From Haliotis cracherodii (Eukaryota): a DNA stretch of 64,000 nucleotides. The translations under genes were made by a program, and so were the position numbers. The stretch covers positions 43,152,001 to 43,216,000 of the forward strand of contig NW_027266343.1 in the NCBI RefSeq assembly GCF_022045235.1, given 5' to 3'. Numbering within the stretch: the first letter of the stretch is position 1; each line of letters begins with the position of its first letter. Below, one piece after another: positions 49,108-61,331 of the stretch. The notes under the pieces are model-generated. The model had not been told where the DNA came from. It saw only the letters and a list, made by a program, of their open reading frames with translations, and searched no databases.

Positions 49108-49660
49108 AATAGATATATGTCTTCGTTCTCAAACTCAAACTTATTTTGTTTTTTTAAATCAGAATGGCACAAGCGTCCCTAAAATCCCTAATTAGCAACG
49201 GCAAACGTGAGTGTTGGAAAATCATTAAACGCAGTATTCGATCAGGCACTTTCGTCACATTTTTTGGTCGTACGCTAAAAGTATTTAATTCCTTTTACAA
49301 CATTTTAGCGTAATGGGTACAATATATTTTATATATTTCTATTCATTAATCAAATTCATACATAACCAAACTATCTTGGGTTGGTTTTAATCTCTTGGAA
49401 TTGTTTTATCTATCTTGGACCTTGGATTTGATAGAAACACTGAGAGCCTCAGCTTCCGACACAGACCATTGATAACGCGAGCTGTCTGGTCACCGCGGCC
49501 TGGTAGTGCATTACCGGCGAGCATGGCCTTCGACGTGATTTCACTCTTAACAATTGACTTGGTCATAACGGTTCGGATCGAATCCTTGGTCTAGTGGATA
49601 GAGCGTCTGCCCAGAATGCGAAAGGCAGTTGGTTCGATCCCCGGCCGCGTCTGACTTAAA

Positions 49661-49830
49661 GTGAGTGAGTGAGTGAATATGGTTTTACGCCTCTTTTAGC
49701 AATATTCCAGCAATATCACGGCGGGAGACACCAGAAATGGGCCTCACACATTGTACCCATATCGGGAATCGAACCCGGGTCTTCAGCGTGACGAGCCGTA
49801 GCTTTAACCACTAGGTTACCCGACCGCCCC
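49661..49830 (-). mobile_element. SINE family 1 nested inside a family 3 SINE (49575-49910)
   Basis: 13-bp TSD GTCTGACTTAAAG at 49649 and 49831. Confidence 0.9.
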
Positions 49831-50319
49831 GTCTGACTTAAAGACGTTAAAACATGGTACTTGTAACCCTGCTTGACGCTAGACATTGAGGGGATAAAAC
49901 AAGGACTGGTGGTACCCCAGACATGTCGTAAGGGTTTCGGGTGATCAGTCTCTGTGACTGGCAGATTCTGTGCCATTCTTCCCGACGGCGTGGGACGTAA
50001 CTCATGCTATCAACCATTGGTTTGGCAGGTCCAAACGTGATTATTCACAGATCGCCTTGATATCTTCAGCTTTATACTGTCTTCCTTTAACGGAACATGT
50101 CTACAGTAGCATAAACTAGGTTTGCCCCCTGGAAAATGTCTCCAGTAACGCATGCTGGATTTGCCCCTTGGAGGGAACATATCTCCAGGAACGGATACTG
50201 GTTTTGCCCCTTGACGGATTATGTCTCCAGTAACGCATCCTTGATCGGTTGGTCAACATAGGTGATATTCCTGATTGTGTCTATGTATCTAACGGCATTC
50301 ATCGGCGTTACATTTGTGA

Positions 50320-50571
50320 TTGGTTTGGTTGGTTTGTTGTTTCACCCCGCACTCAGCAATATTCCAGCTATATGACAGCGGTCTGTAAATAATCGAGTCT
50401 GGACCAAACAATCCAGTGATTAATATCATGAGCATCGATCCACGCAATTGGGATCGATCACCCGATCGACCACCCGATAACGTTAGTGGCCTCTTGTGAC
50501 AAGCATATAGTCGCCTGTTACCGCAAGCATGGGTTGCTGAAGACCTATTTTACCCCGGATGTTCACGGGTC
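50320..50571 (-). mobile_element. SINE-like family 4
   Basis: TSD TTACATTTGTGA; empty site at about 34852 in duplicate 1. Confidence 0.85.
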
Positions 50572-50894
50572 TCTTACATTTGTGACTAGTGAGATGTTCT
50601 TAATTTAAACGAATTTTATTCACGGAATTGAAATGAATTTGGGACAAGTATCTTATAAGTTAGAAAACCCCTCTCGATTGACATATCCACCATACAGTGA
50701 CATACAAACATAAAATAAAAACAACATACAAAAAACCTGTGACTAAAAAAGGATTGTGGATATTGGAAGGAAGCCATGTAGAACGAGGTTGCACGTGCTG
50801 TTACGAGCCGTCTATTATTTTCAATCTCTCAACCTTCGGTCTCTTGGTTTACAAGCCCACTCACCATGCCACACATGTAAGTCACAATACTAGG

Positions 50895-51243
50895 GACCGC
50901 CTCCGTGGTTTAGTGGTAGAGCGTCCGCCCGGAGAGCGGAATGTCAGGGGTTCGATCCCCGGCCGCGTCATACCAAAAGACGTTAAAAGATGGTACTTGT
51001 TGTTACCCTGTCTGGCTCTCGGCATAAAGGGGCTAAAACAATGACTGGTCGGCTCGGAGTCACTAAACTGTGTCTGAGTGGGGTACCCATGTTGAACTGC
51101 GGCATGGTATCTCAGTGTGCTAGCACTATTAATCGGCATCTGTCCGGACTAGTACAAGCAGCCACACACACCGCATGCACGTCGCTATATAAGTGTAATA
51201 ATCTTGGACGCGACGTTAAACCCCATTTCAACTCACCTCACAC
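50895..51243 (+). mobile_element. SINE family 3, full length (tRNA head, Meta-domain-like body)
   Basis: GGTTTAGTGGTAGAGCG...GGTTCGATCCCCGG, GTCATACCAAAAGACGTTAAAAGATGGTAC; absent from duplicate 1 (about 35130). Confidence 0.88.
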
Positions 51244-51430
51244 CACTAGGACATATGAACAAAACAATCCTTGCACATGGTGAATGAAATAAAGGTGATC
51301 AAATCCCATTGTTTGTGTTTACAATTTCAGATTATATTGAAACTCTACGACATTATTTCTTTCAAACCTACACCATCTGTAACTGCGTATCTTCCACATT
51401 GTGGTAGACGTGAAACGATTTTCAATGGAA

Positions 51431-54400
51431 TTAAATAACTCTGTAGAGAAATACTACGCCAGACATATCTATGAAATAATTGGGAATAGTAACTCGAGAC
51501 ACTTGTCTCCATTTCCCCTCCTTTTCTAGAGAGTCCATAAGTGGCTCCAGGCGATCTTTGTATTCCTCCACGTCTCTCAGGAACACTTCACGCATTATTA
51601 TGCATATAATTCCGCCTGGAAAACAAAATGTTCCTTGCAATTTACACTTGTCAGAGGGGTACACAAAGTACGTGATCTAGACTACCAGTTGTCGAACTTT
51701 CATGTTGTGGCAGCCTCGAGGGCTGAGTGGGTGAGATCGCTGACTTGCTGGCGATTAAGTGCCTCATTCTGGCAGTTTGAGTTCGAATCCGGAATGGGAT
51801 TCAACCCAAATAAGTACTAAATTCTGTATTTACTAAAAGAGTGTTATCCCAAATATAACATATGTTACATTTGACAATTTTCTTGCAATAAAGGTTCTAT
51901 GTCCCTTTATCACAGACTTATTCGCAAAGAAAGAAGCTTTTGAAATATCTTCACATGGAGGAACCACATTGATTATCTCATCCAAATAAATAAAAGAGTT
52001 CAATATGAAAAAAGAATGTTTGGGCGGCCTCAACCCCCGGAATCACTCAACTAAACCTTCACAGGTTAGTAACGAGATCAAAACGAAGATGTGGTTTCAA
52101 AATTCAACGGAAATTCAAAAAGACCAAAATAGATTAGGTCTTATAAGGCAGAACGAGAGATGCAACAGTTGATAATACCTTATCACTGGAATAAGAAGAC
52201 TACACCCAAAGTACAGAGTATAACGTGTGGCTGCTAAACATGACTTGGACAAGAAATTAAACAGAGTGAGTGAGTGAGTTGGGTTTACCGCCGCTTTTAA
52301 CAGTATTCCAGTTATATCAAGGCGTGTCAGCTTAATGTGGGAGGAAAGCACGAAGTGATGCGGGTCTCAGACGTTTACCACTTCGGTGAAACCCACGAGG
52401 ACGGGTATGGTGCTGACAAACCTAGAAACATAATCAGGGCGAACCAGGATTCGAACCCACAATCATATGTTTCTGGCCCAAGGGACGCAACTCCGCACAG
52501 CGAATCGCGGTGCTTTAGAAGACTGGGCCACCCGTGCCACCCTTTAAACAGAGACCAAGCACATCATCTTGTACTTAATTACCTGATTTTACGATCCGGA
52601 TCATCTCAGGAATTCCGGAACACGGAATGTGTCCTTCCCCCATCCCCCCGCTGGAGACGGCACAGTCGTATGTATCTGCAATGTTTGAATATCATTTATT
52701 CGGATCCCATTGAACGTAAACACCAAATAGTAATGATAACCATTGTTTACCAGTGTCTGGTACTGTGAGGTCATGAAGCCTAATCACACTAAAATCCAAC
52801 AATAACACCAGGAGTCAATAGATAGAAAGCATTCGTCTATAAATTAAGACTTTTTAAGAGCGATATAATGAAAATAATTATGTTTAGCTTTTCAGACTGA
52901 AACGAGAACTCGACAACATATTGCTATCCAAAACGTTTTCAATCCTTGTTGACAAATTACCGATTGCAAAATACCTCGTGATGAAGTTCCCAATTTTGAA
53001 AGTGCACTAAACATACTGGTCATCCAGAATAAGTTGAACCAACTCATAAAACGTGTTGGAGACAAGTCGCCGGAGCATTAAAGCTAGGCCAACACGTTTA
53101 GTGTGTTACAGTGAGTGAGTGAGATTGGTTTTAGGACGCTTTTAGCAATATTCCAGCATTATCACGGCGGTGGACACCAGAAATGGGCTTCACACATTGT
53201 ACCCATATCGGGAATCGAACCCGGGTCTACGGCGTGACGAGCGAAGGCTTTAACCACTAGGCTACCCGACCGCCCCTAGTGTGTTACAGGTAGAGAGGGT
53301 GTACGCATGTTGTGAACGTGCAGGCCATGACGATGAAATTGACTACGCTCATCGTGGACATAGGTGTTTCTCATAAGACTATTAAGAGGCCGTAGTGATA
53401 AGTCGATACCAGAATTCTGAGCCGTGGCCCGCACATGTCCACCCGCTAACCCTTTCTTTACAATGGTAAGCGCCAGTGGGCGGACCTCATGTATAGTCAT
53501 AGGGGATCAACTGCTGGTCACAACTCTACTTATCCTGGCTTACCAGTAATATTAAAAATATTCATCTCTAGCTTAAGACGTTTAAAAAGTAATAAAATGA
53601 TAATAATTATGTTTAGCCCTTTAGACTGAAAAGATAACTCGACAACATTTTGGTATTCAATCCTTCCAAACATTGCCGATTTCAATATGCCACACGATGA
53701 AGTTCCCAATATTGAATGTTCACACTCTGGTAATCAGGATACGTTGAGCCAACTCATAAAACGCGTTTGAGACAAGTAGGCGGTGTACAGAATTTGGGCA
53801 AACATATTTGGTTTGTTAGAGGTAGAGAGGGTGCACGCATGTTGGGCACGTGCAGGTCATGACGATGTTATTGACTACGCTCCCGCGTGTTGTTCATCAG
53901 AATATTAAGAGGTCGGTGTGACAAGTCGATACCAGAAGACTTAGACGAGACCCTCACATATCCATCGTTCTACTTGTCGCGGACCACCCGTTACCCCGCA
54001 TACATTGTCATATGGGGTTAGTTGTCAAGTCACAACTAAACATTTCCTGGCTTACCAGTAATAGATTGTACTTGGTATTTTTGGCAATTTCCGACAAGGT
54101 TCGATCATCTTTGTTACGAACATATCAGATTTACATTGTCTATTCATATGTTGACTGGTTTACCATTGGGGATAGACAGTGGGACCTCGCACAGATACTC
54201 GGTGTAATAATCCTCGTACAAGCCCTTCTCCTTCGCCCTCAGCAGCATCTTGCTGGAAGGTTCCAGTGCGTCAATGTGAACAAACCCATGGGTCTTCAGC
54301 TGTAACAAAGGCGAGACATATTATCTTCTATTCCACATCTTTGTCGGTGTGGCTACTAAGACAACCTTCAGAGGCTTACCCTGGAAGACCTGCCATGCTA

Positions 54401-55471
54401 AGAGTGAGTGAGTATGGTTTTACGCCGCTTTTAGCAATATTCCAGCAATATCACGGCGGGGGGACACCAGAAATGGGCTTCACACATTGTACCCATGTCG
54501 GGAATCGAACCCGGGTCTTTGGCGTGACGAGCGAACGCTTTAACCACTGGGCTACCCGACCGCCCCCCATGCTAAGAGGGCCAGTGTGTCACTATTGCTG
54601 TATCACACTGTACATTGGCAGGTGAAAATGGCCAACGTTTTTTTACGATAACTTTCACTCTGATCGCGCACGGCCCTAAGAATGATCGCGCACGGCCCTA
54701 AGAATGACATATACCATGTTTCATTTACCTTGAGTATATGCTTCTTGATGATGAGTAATTGTGTGAACAAACTTTTCAGGCTATGACTATGACTCTCCAC
54801 GGGACTGATCAATGTCTAAAAACAAAAATTCCTCAGGGCTATAAAAGAAATATGTTTGATATTTAATCTTTGAAATGGCCCCGAGCTCTACATAATTTTA
54901 AAACCAAATGACTTTACATGTTCAGCTACGAAGCCAGTTCCTGCAGCGATGTCTATAATCTTCTTCTTCTCCCTGTCGTCTTCAAAGTAATCAGCAACTA
55001 CCTTGCCTGCTATCACGGGGCCGTTGTACCGCCCTGGACAAAGATCCTGAAATACATCTGCTTGATAGAATTCAATGAATAGGCTCGGTAGCTCAGCTGA
55101 TTTTGTTTTCTGGAATGTTTACAACAATTGTTTTGGGGGGTTTTCAAAAGTAAAAACAAAAAAATGAATACACAAATAGGTCAGAGGATGATAAAAGCTG
55201 GGCAAACAAGATTTTCAGTGATCCATTCATATAACTTTCACGGCTATTTTGCCTCTTTCCCCGAATGGAATTTATTTCGGCGGATAACCGAGCCGAGACT
55301 GACTATTCTCTGGCGTTGACATTTTCCTACCTTCTCATATTTCCTACTCCAGGTTGAATATTGTTCAACAGCCTGAGAAATTGTTATTCCCTTTCTGTGA
55401 ACACAGTGCGCCTCCCTGATCGCCTCGAAGTCTTCTTCGTGCCAGACATGGGAAACGGTTTTCAAACTCAT
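51431..55471 (-). CDS. METTL27-like: METTL27/WBSCR27-like methyltransferase, copy 2, 227 aa. Exons 55471-55331, 55046-54918, 54299-54164, 52675-52583, 51615-51431
   Basis: Exon lengths identical to copy 1 (141/129/136/93/185); ORF and splice sites intact; about 11 aa differences. Confidence 0.9.
52264..52541 (-). mobile_element. SINE family 2 in intron 4 of copy 2
   Basis: TSD TTAAACAGAG; empty site at about 36033. Confidence 0.88.
53111..53276 (-). mobile_element. SINE family 1 in intron 3 of copy 2
   Basis: TSD TAGTGTGTTACAG. Confidence 0.9.
54404..54567 (-). mobile_element. SINE family 1 in intron 2 of copy 2
   Basis: TSD CCATGCTAAGAG; empty site at about 37152. Confidence 0.9.
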
Positions 55472-55989
55472 CACTGGCTACGCTCGCTCTTTATGCAAAG
55501 ATATGAACCACTCGTTTAATGGCCCACTGGTTCTCCCGTTGCTCTCCGAAGTTATCCGCCGTCTCTGCTAATCAAATCTGTATTTAAGGGGTAGTGGGAG
55601 GTCAAATTCCTCGTTGATAAAAACAAGTTGTTCACAAGTTACTGCGAAGTAAACGTTGGTCCACTTCTAACTGACTTGCAGTGTATCACCTCGGTATACT
55701 TCAGAGTTGTTCAGTACAAAGCCTATCCTGGGAAAAGATAAACATAGCTGCAGGCAACAGTGTGGAGCTCCAAGTGACAAATCGACGAACTTGATTATGC
55801 AGTTAGACATACATGGAGGTCTATTTGGATAGTCTATAATTTGGCTAAACAAAATGGCTTTATCTAACTTTGCAGTCAGACATTTATATGTCTGATCTAA
55901 TTAAAGACTTTCTGAAAAGACACAATTACATATTAGTTTTAAAATCAAAAGTCTAATGGTTCAAGCTACATTTTAAAGAAAATTATTTT

Positions 55990-58900
55990 TTTAAATGTTA
56001 TTTTTTCAATTCGGAGGGTACATAGCATTGCGATCATAGTCATCGTACCATAAGAGGCATCAAATTACATGGTAAATACCATGAGAAACATGTACAGTAT
56101 GTGCAATGACAGTAAGTTCATCTTCCAATGTACGTTGTAATAATTGTAGGGGATATCGATTAGGTAAGTCAATCAGCCTGCTTTGTGGTTTTCTCCATTA
56201 AACTCCACATTTATTAGAAAAAAATATTGTTCTGTTTCTTCTTGCAAGAAACAACTCGTCATTTTAATGTCTTTCAGCATATTTCTATATGATCTAAAAC
56301 ATGGTTTTATTCCTGTAATATGTTACGTATGTGTGTGATTGTTCATATCAATAAGTGATTCTAGATATCTAGTTTTGTAATAATAACATGACCAAAAATA
56401 ACATTTATAAAAGCATTAAATTAGTACCAGACTTCTTTAGCATAAGAACTAAATATACGTTAGCAATGTTTTCATTTTTTGAAATGCAAAATGAACTTTC
56501 AACTTTCAGTTCATCTTTAACAATTCCTTTTTAGTGTATATAATTTTGTGTAGGAATTTCCATTGAAATTCTAATAGTTTTGTTAGTATTGTAGATATTC
56601 TATCTTGTGAAAATATATATTTCCAATTAATTTGATTGTTAAATTCACCTTCCCACGTTTCACCAATTTCTGGAAAGTTGGAGGATGAAATAAAGTTATC
56701 ATAAATTTCCTTGAATCTCTGCTTGCCTAAAGTAAATCAGGCCATGGAGGAGAAATGCTTAATAGCATTGTGTTTAGATTTATTTTCATCATGCACAAGA
56801 TCGTCTCAGTGCTTAGCGATGTTTAAGAGTAAACCGTTATAGTCTAATAAAGCCACACATACTTTTAGCTCAGGAAATGGAAAAAAGCCGTTTGAGTCAC
56901 ATACATCTTTAACATGGAAAATACCCCTTGTATACCAAATCCGGAAATTTACGTTAATGATAGTACTAAAGTGGTTGCATTAAGACTTCATTCACATCGT
57001 TTTCGTTTAGTACGTACGTTTTCATTTATTTGTTCCAAGCGCCTAATGTATCTTTCCGAAAAGGGTCAGTGATACGGAAGTGGTTTGGAATATTGGCGCC
57101 CTAACGGAAAATATGTTGTAAGGGAAAGTTTGAAATAGCTTTTTTGTTTGAGAAATATGTATTGTTTGATACACAATAACCTAAATAAACATTGTAATAT
57201 CAACCTAAGGCCACCATCTTTCTAACTAGGTTTATTCTTTTTATTTTGTCTTTCTTTCCATTCCATATAAGGTTGAAGAAAAATGCTGTTTAATTCTGTT
57301 ATAAATTCTTTCGGGGATTCATTAAAGCAGTTAATATATGAACTAGAGTTGACAAAGCCAAGGTTTTTGTTACGGCTTTTTTCAATATTAATATCAAGTT
57401 CCGCCAGTTTGAAAGACTTCTTTTAATTGTTTTCTATCGCTGATAAACAAAAGGGGTTTTTTTTAATCAGCTTTTAGTTAAATTCATCGAAATCTCCGTT
57501 GTTCCAGTCCGATATTAAACATAAGGTGAGTGAACTTCCTGCCATTGAACCTAGCCATGCGTCTTTAGCTTTGTCAGTTTTCAAAGTATAGTATAGAAGT
57601 TACATGGTGTACTTATTGCTACATTTAGAGACGTTGCTGAGCAGTCTAGAAATAGTTCGGTGTCATCTGCATATTGACCTATTACATGCTCAATTTCTCC
57701 AAGAACTATTATTTTTCTTATCATTATCCCCAGTATTTCTGCGACAAACAGAAACAAATATGGGGAAATCGAGATCCTTGTCTACATCCTCGCTCGTTGT
57801 CGAAAAATAATGACAAGTGACCGCTTTGTATGACACAAGAAGTAGAGTTTAAGATCAAGATGTTTTCCCATATTTTCTTATAAGTTCAAAAATCAAATTT
57901 ATCTTGAACCTTCATAATGAATCGTTTAGAAGCTGTGTCAAAGGCTTTTTTTTAAAAATCAATTGATATTGATAGACCTTTGTTCTTTAATCATTTTGTT
58001 TCAAAGATGATGTCATATAAGAGTCGAATGTTTTCGCTGATACACCTTACCGGGATAAATCCCGTCCGATTATCTGATAATGAGATCCGGTGTCTTTTTC
58101 ATCTTTTATATAATACAAGCCTTAATAATCTTATAAAGAGCATTTAAAGGAGAAATAGGTCTTCCATTTTTTTAATAAACGTCTATCTTTATTTGGTTTT
58201 GGAATATATGAAATAATTCCTCTTTTCATTGTTAAACTCTGTGTTTTTGTAAGTGTCGTTGATATACCGATAAATCAAACAATATTTTGAAAATTCGATA
58301 GGAAAACAAGTCCGGGCCTCATATTAATTTTCATTGACTTACAAGCTGCGGTTACCTCGTTAAATTGTATTTCTTCATATAGTTCTTCTGAAAGATTTTA
58401 ATTTAAAGTTGGAGTGATAATGTCTTTTAAACAGTCTTAACCTTCAATGTCAATATCGTCTAAATTTCTTTTCTGTTCAATTATCATTAAAGAACCACCT
58501 GTTATTTCTTCACTATTATCAACAATAATAGTATTGATAAGTATATTCGTAAAGTAATGTTTTCTAAGTAGCAAAAGTAATTAGTTGGTGTCTCACTTTT
58601 GTTATACCGCTGTATTCTATTATGTATTTGAATTCTCTCACTTTTTTTCGTTCTGATAGTTTGGATAACCATGTTTCGCTAACGTCGCTTCTTACTCGTT
58701 TTTCTTATTCCATTATATTATTTTTTATTTCTTTATATTTTTTCTCTTATATTTTTTAAGTGTATAGAATATGAGATAGTGTTCCTCTCACTTTCATAAA
58801 AACGTCAACATGAATAGCGAATCAGTAATTGTAAGATCTAAAGTTTCGTCTGGGATATTTTTGGTACATGTACCTTCATTTTTACAGGTAGCATCTGTGT

Positions 58901-59540
58901 ATTCACGTTTAGTTTCGTCTAAAACATCTATTACCATTTCTACATATTCATCTTTTCGTAGTAATGATGTATTTTACCAATATCCCCTCCCCCTTTCTCT
59001 ATCTTGTTGACACGTAAAGATCCGGGTTAAAATAAGTCTTCAGCAACACATGCTAGCCGTAAAAGGCGACGTGAAACAACAAACAAACAAACAACAACAA
59101 CAACAATTTTGATGATTTGATAGCGACAATGGAATAGCGAATGATCAGTTTTGTAGCCGGGTAAGATTGAGGAATGAACAATGAAATTAAAAAAGATTTT
59201 CAGAAACAAGAAAAAAATTAAGTTCACCTTTTTGACGAGGGTTGTTTTTCCACCAAGTTAATGTATTGTTGTTCGGATTTAGTTCTCTGTGCATCTATTA
59301 GGTTTAAAGATTCAATTTTATCTAAGACTGATTTTCTTGCATTAGGATTATTATTTTAATAGTTTACTAAAGTCATTAACTATATCTTCATTGATTTTTG
59401 AATAATGTTTTGTAAAATAAAGGGTTATCAGAGTTTGGACCATACACTGTGGTGAGGGTAAACTTTATACTGTCACAGTCTCTAACATAATAAAATTACC
59501 ACTATCGTCAACACATATCTTGTGTATTTTAAATTCAAAA
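55990..59540 (-). mobile_element. L1/Tx1-like LINE ORF2 relic, heavily decayed; present only in duplicate 2
   Basis: APE motifs TLTTVYGPNSDNP and ILPGYKTDHSL; RT motifs RPISPLNALYK, TGFIP..ISENIRLLYDII, KAFDT, RGCRQG..PYLF, QYADDT; A-rich 3' end near 55990; family 4 fragment inserted at about 59008-59095. Confidence 0.85.
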
Positions 59541-61331
59541 TTGTGCAAATGACTTGTACGGAGCAATAACACTGTCAATACCACATGCACTTTTTATTAC
59601 CCTATCAATTAATATCCTACAAACAAATTATAGAGTATTTCTTTTTTTTATATTAATTCATGATTTCCAGTTTGGATCATGTCACCACAGGTTTCGGAAA
59701 ACACATTCTCACTGTATTAGAATCCTAAACCTACCTTCCTGCCAAGTATTTAACACAGATAGTAGTACCTCCAGTTTGTATCATAACGAAGTAGTTAATA
59801 CATCCGGTTTAGATTACCTAACACATTCTTGCTGCATTAATCTAGAATGGCCTGGTTCCAGCTCAGTTATTGACACTTTCGGTTTTATATTGTCACTTCC
59901 GGTTCGAAAACAATTTGGTTTACTGCTTTAAAACTATGTCACAAACTTATGCAAATACAAGACAAGTGTTCAATTGAAAAACACTAGAACATTTGGTGCA
60001 AGTCAAAATGGGGAATTGCATCTGACTTCATTTTGGTCACTGATGCGTCAGATTTAGAAATGTCCTCCTCGGATCTTCCCATAAACATTTTGAAAGCTTT
60101 TCTTAAGGCTTTGAATGTTGTAACCCAGGTCAAACGGCTTTCTAGCTGCATTACGCTCTTTGAAATCTTCGTAAACAGATCATACACGATTGTACCTCAA
60201 ATAGCTGGGGCTGTTGGAATATTGCTCGACGTAAAGGGACAATCTTAATAATATATATTTTTAACTAAAATATATATGAAGGCTGTTTAACTGATATTTT
60301 TTATTTCTAGACAAGTATGTAAATCAGGGGAATTGGTCATGTGACCAATATTTAACAATATCAGATCATATACCTAACCTTCTTGGCCACACAGTCACTA
60401 TATCAACAAGACAGACGATGAAGGATGTTTTCCAAATGGCTGCGGTAGAGATGCAGCATGGTAAGCCTTATTACTAACGGACCAAATTCCATTGCATTTT
60501 GAATAAACATGGCTGAATAATGTCCATGTAGTCCATATCAATAATCGGATTCAAACCTCTTGAAAGATTCAGGTGTCATCATTAGTTGGGACATGCGGAT
60601 GACGTTTCGTCTTCATTGGTCCAGTGGTTTCTGAGAAGAAGATGCTAACGGACGACGATATAGGGCGACGCCGGGCGCCGGACGCCGGAAGCCGGACGCT
60701 GGACAAGCAGGACATTACTTGTAGGGATCTATTCCTCGTCTGTACGTGGAGCGATGGTACGAACGAAAACCCAAATATATATTCAAATTTTGATAAAGCT
60801 GTTCAGTTAAACACATATTGTGTTATAGATATCAGACATTGATGGCTGTAAGGCTAACGTAAAGTATCAAGTGTGTAAAGCCAATACATTGAAAAAGGAT
60901 GAAATATTAAAATAGCTTTTAAAACCTACAGTAGCATCTTCAAGTGAAGTCTACAGCTAGATCTTATGTTTATACTTTTATATCGCATTAGGAACGTAAC
61001 CAAGTCAATGTTTTAAATAACATTTGTGATAATCTAGTTATTGAACAGTCCATCGACGAGAGGTTGTATATTACCATCTATGTATTGTATATTAATGTAT
61101 AACCTGTTCCCGTCACAATATGGATGAAATATTATATATAAATTATATATAAATAACTCACTCACTCAAACCACTTTACAATAAAGGTGATCCGACACTA
61201 TCCTCAAATTAATATTATATCCCAATATCAAACTCAAAATTATTTTTTATGACATGGTGAGTCAGTAATTCTTGATAATTTGAAGAATATAAAGGTCAAA
61301 CGCAATATGAGAGTAACGAAATACACATACC

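Larger units (their letters stand above)
23870..60700. other. Tandem segmental duplication: unit 1 at ~23870-43700, unit 2 at ~45580-60700
   Basis: Collinear homologous blocks: 23895/45615, 28960/48499, 29850/49415, 30640/49940, 34900/50615, the METTL27 genes, 39920/59788, 43125/60273. Confidence 0.9.
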
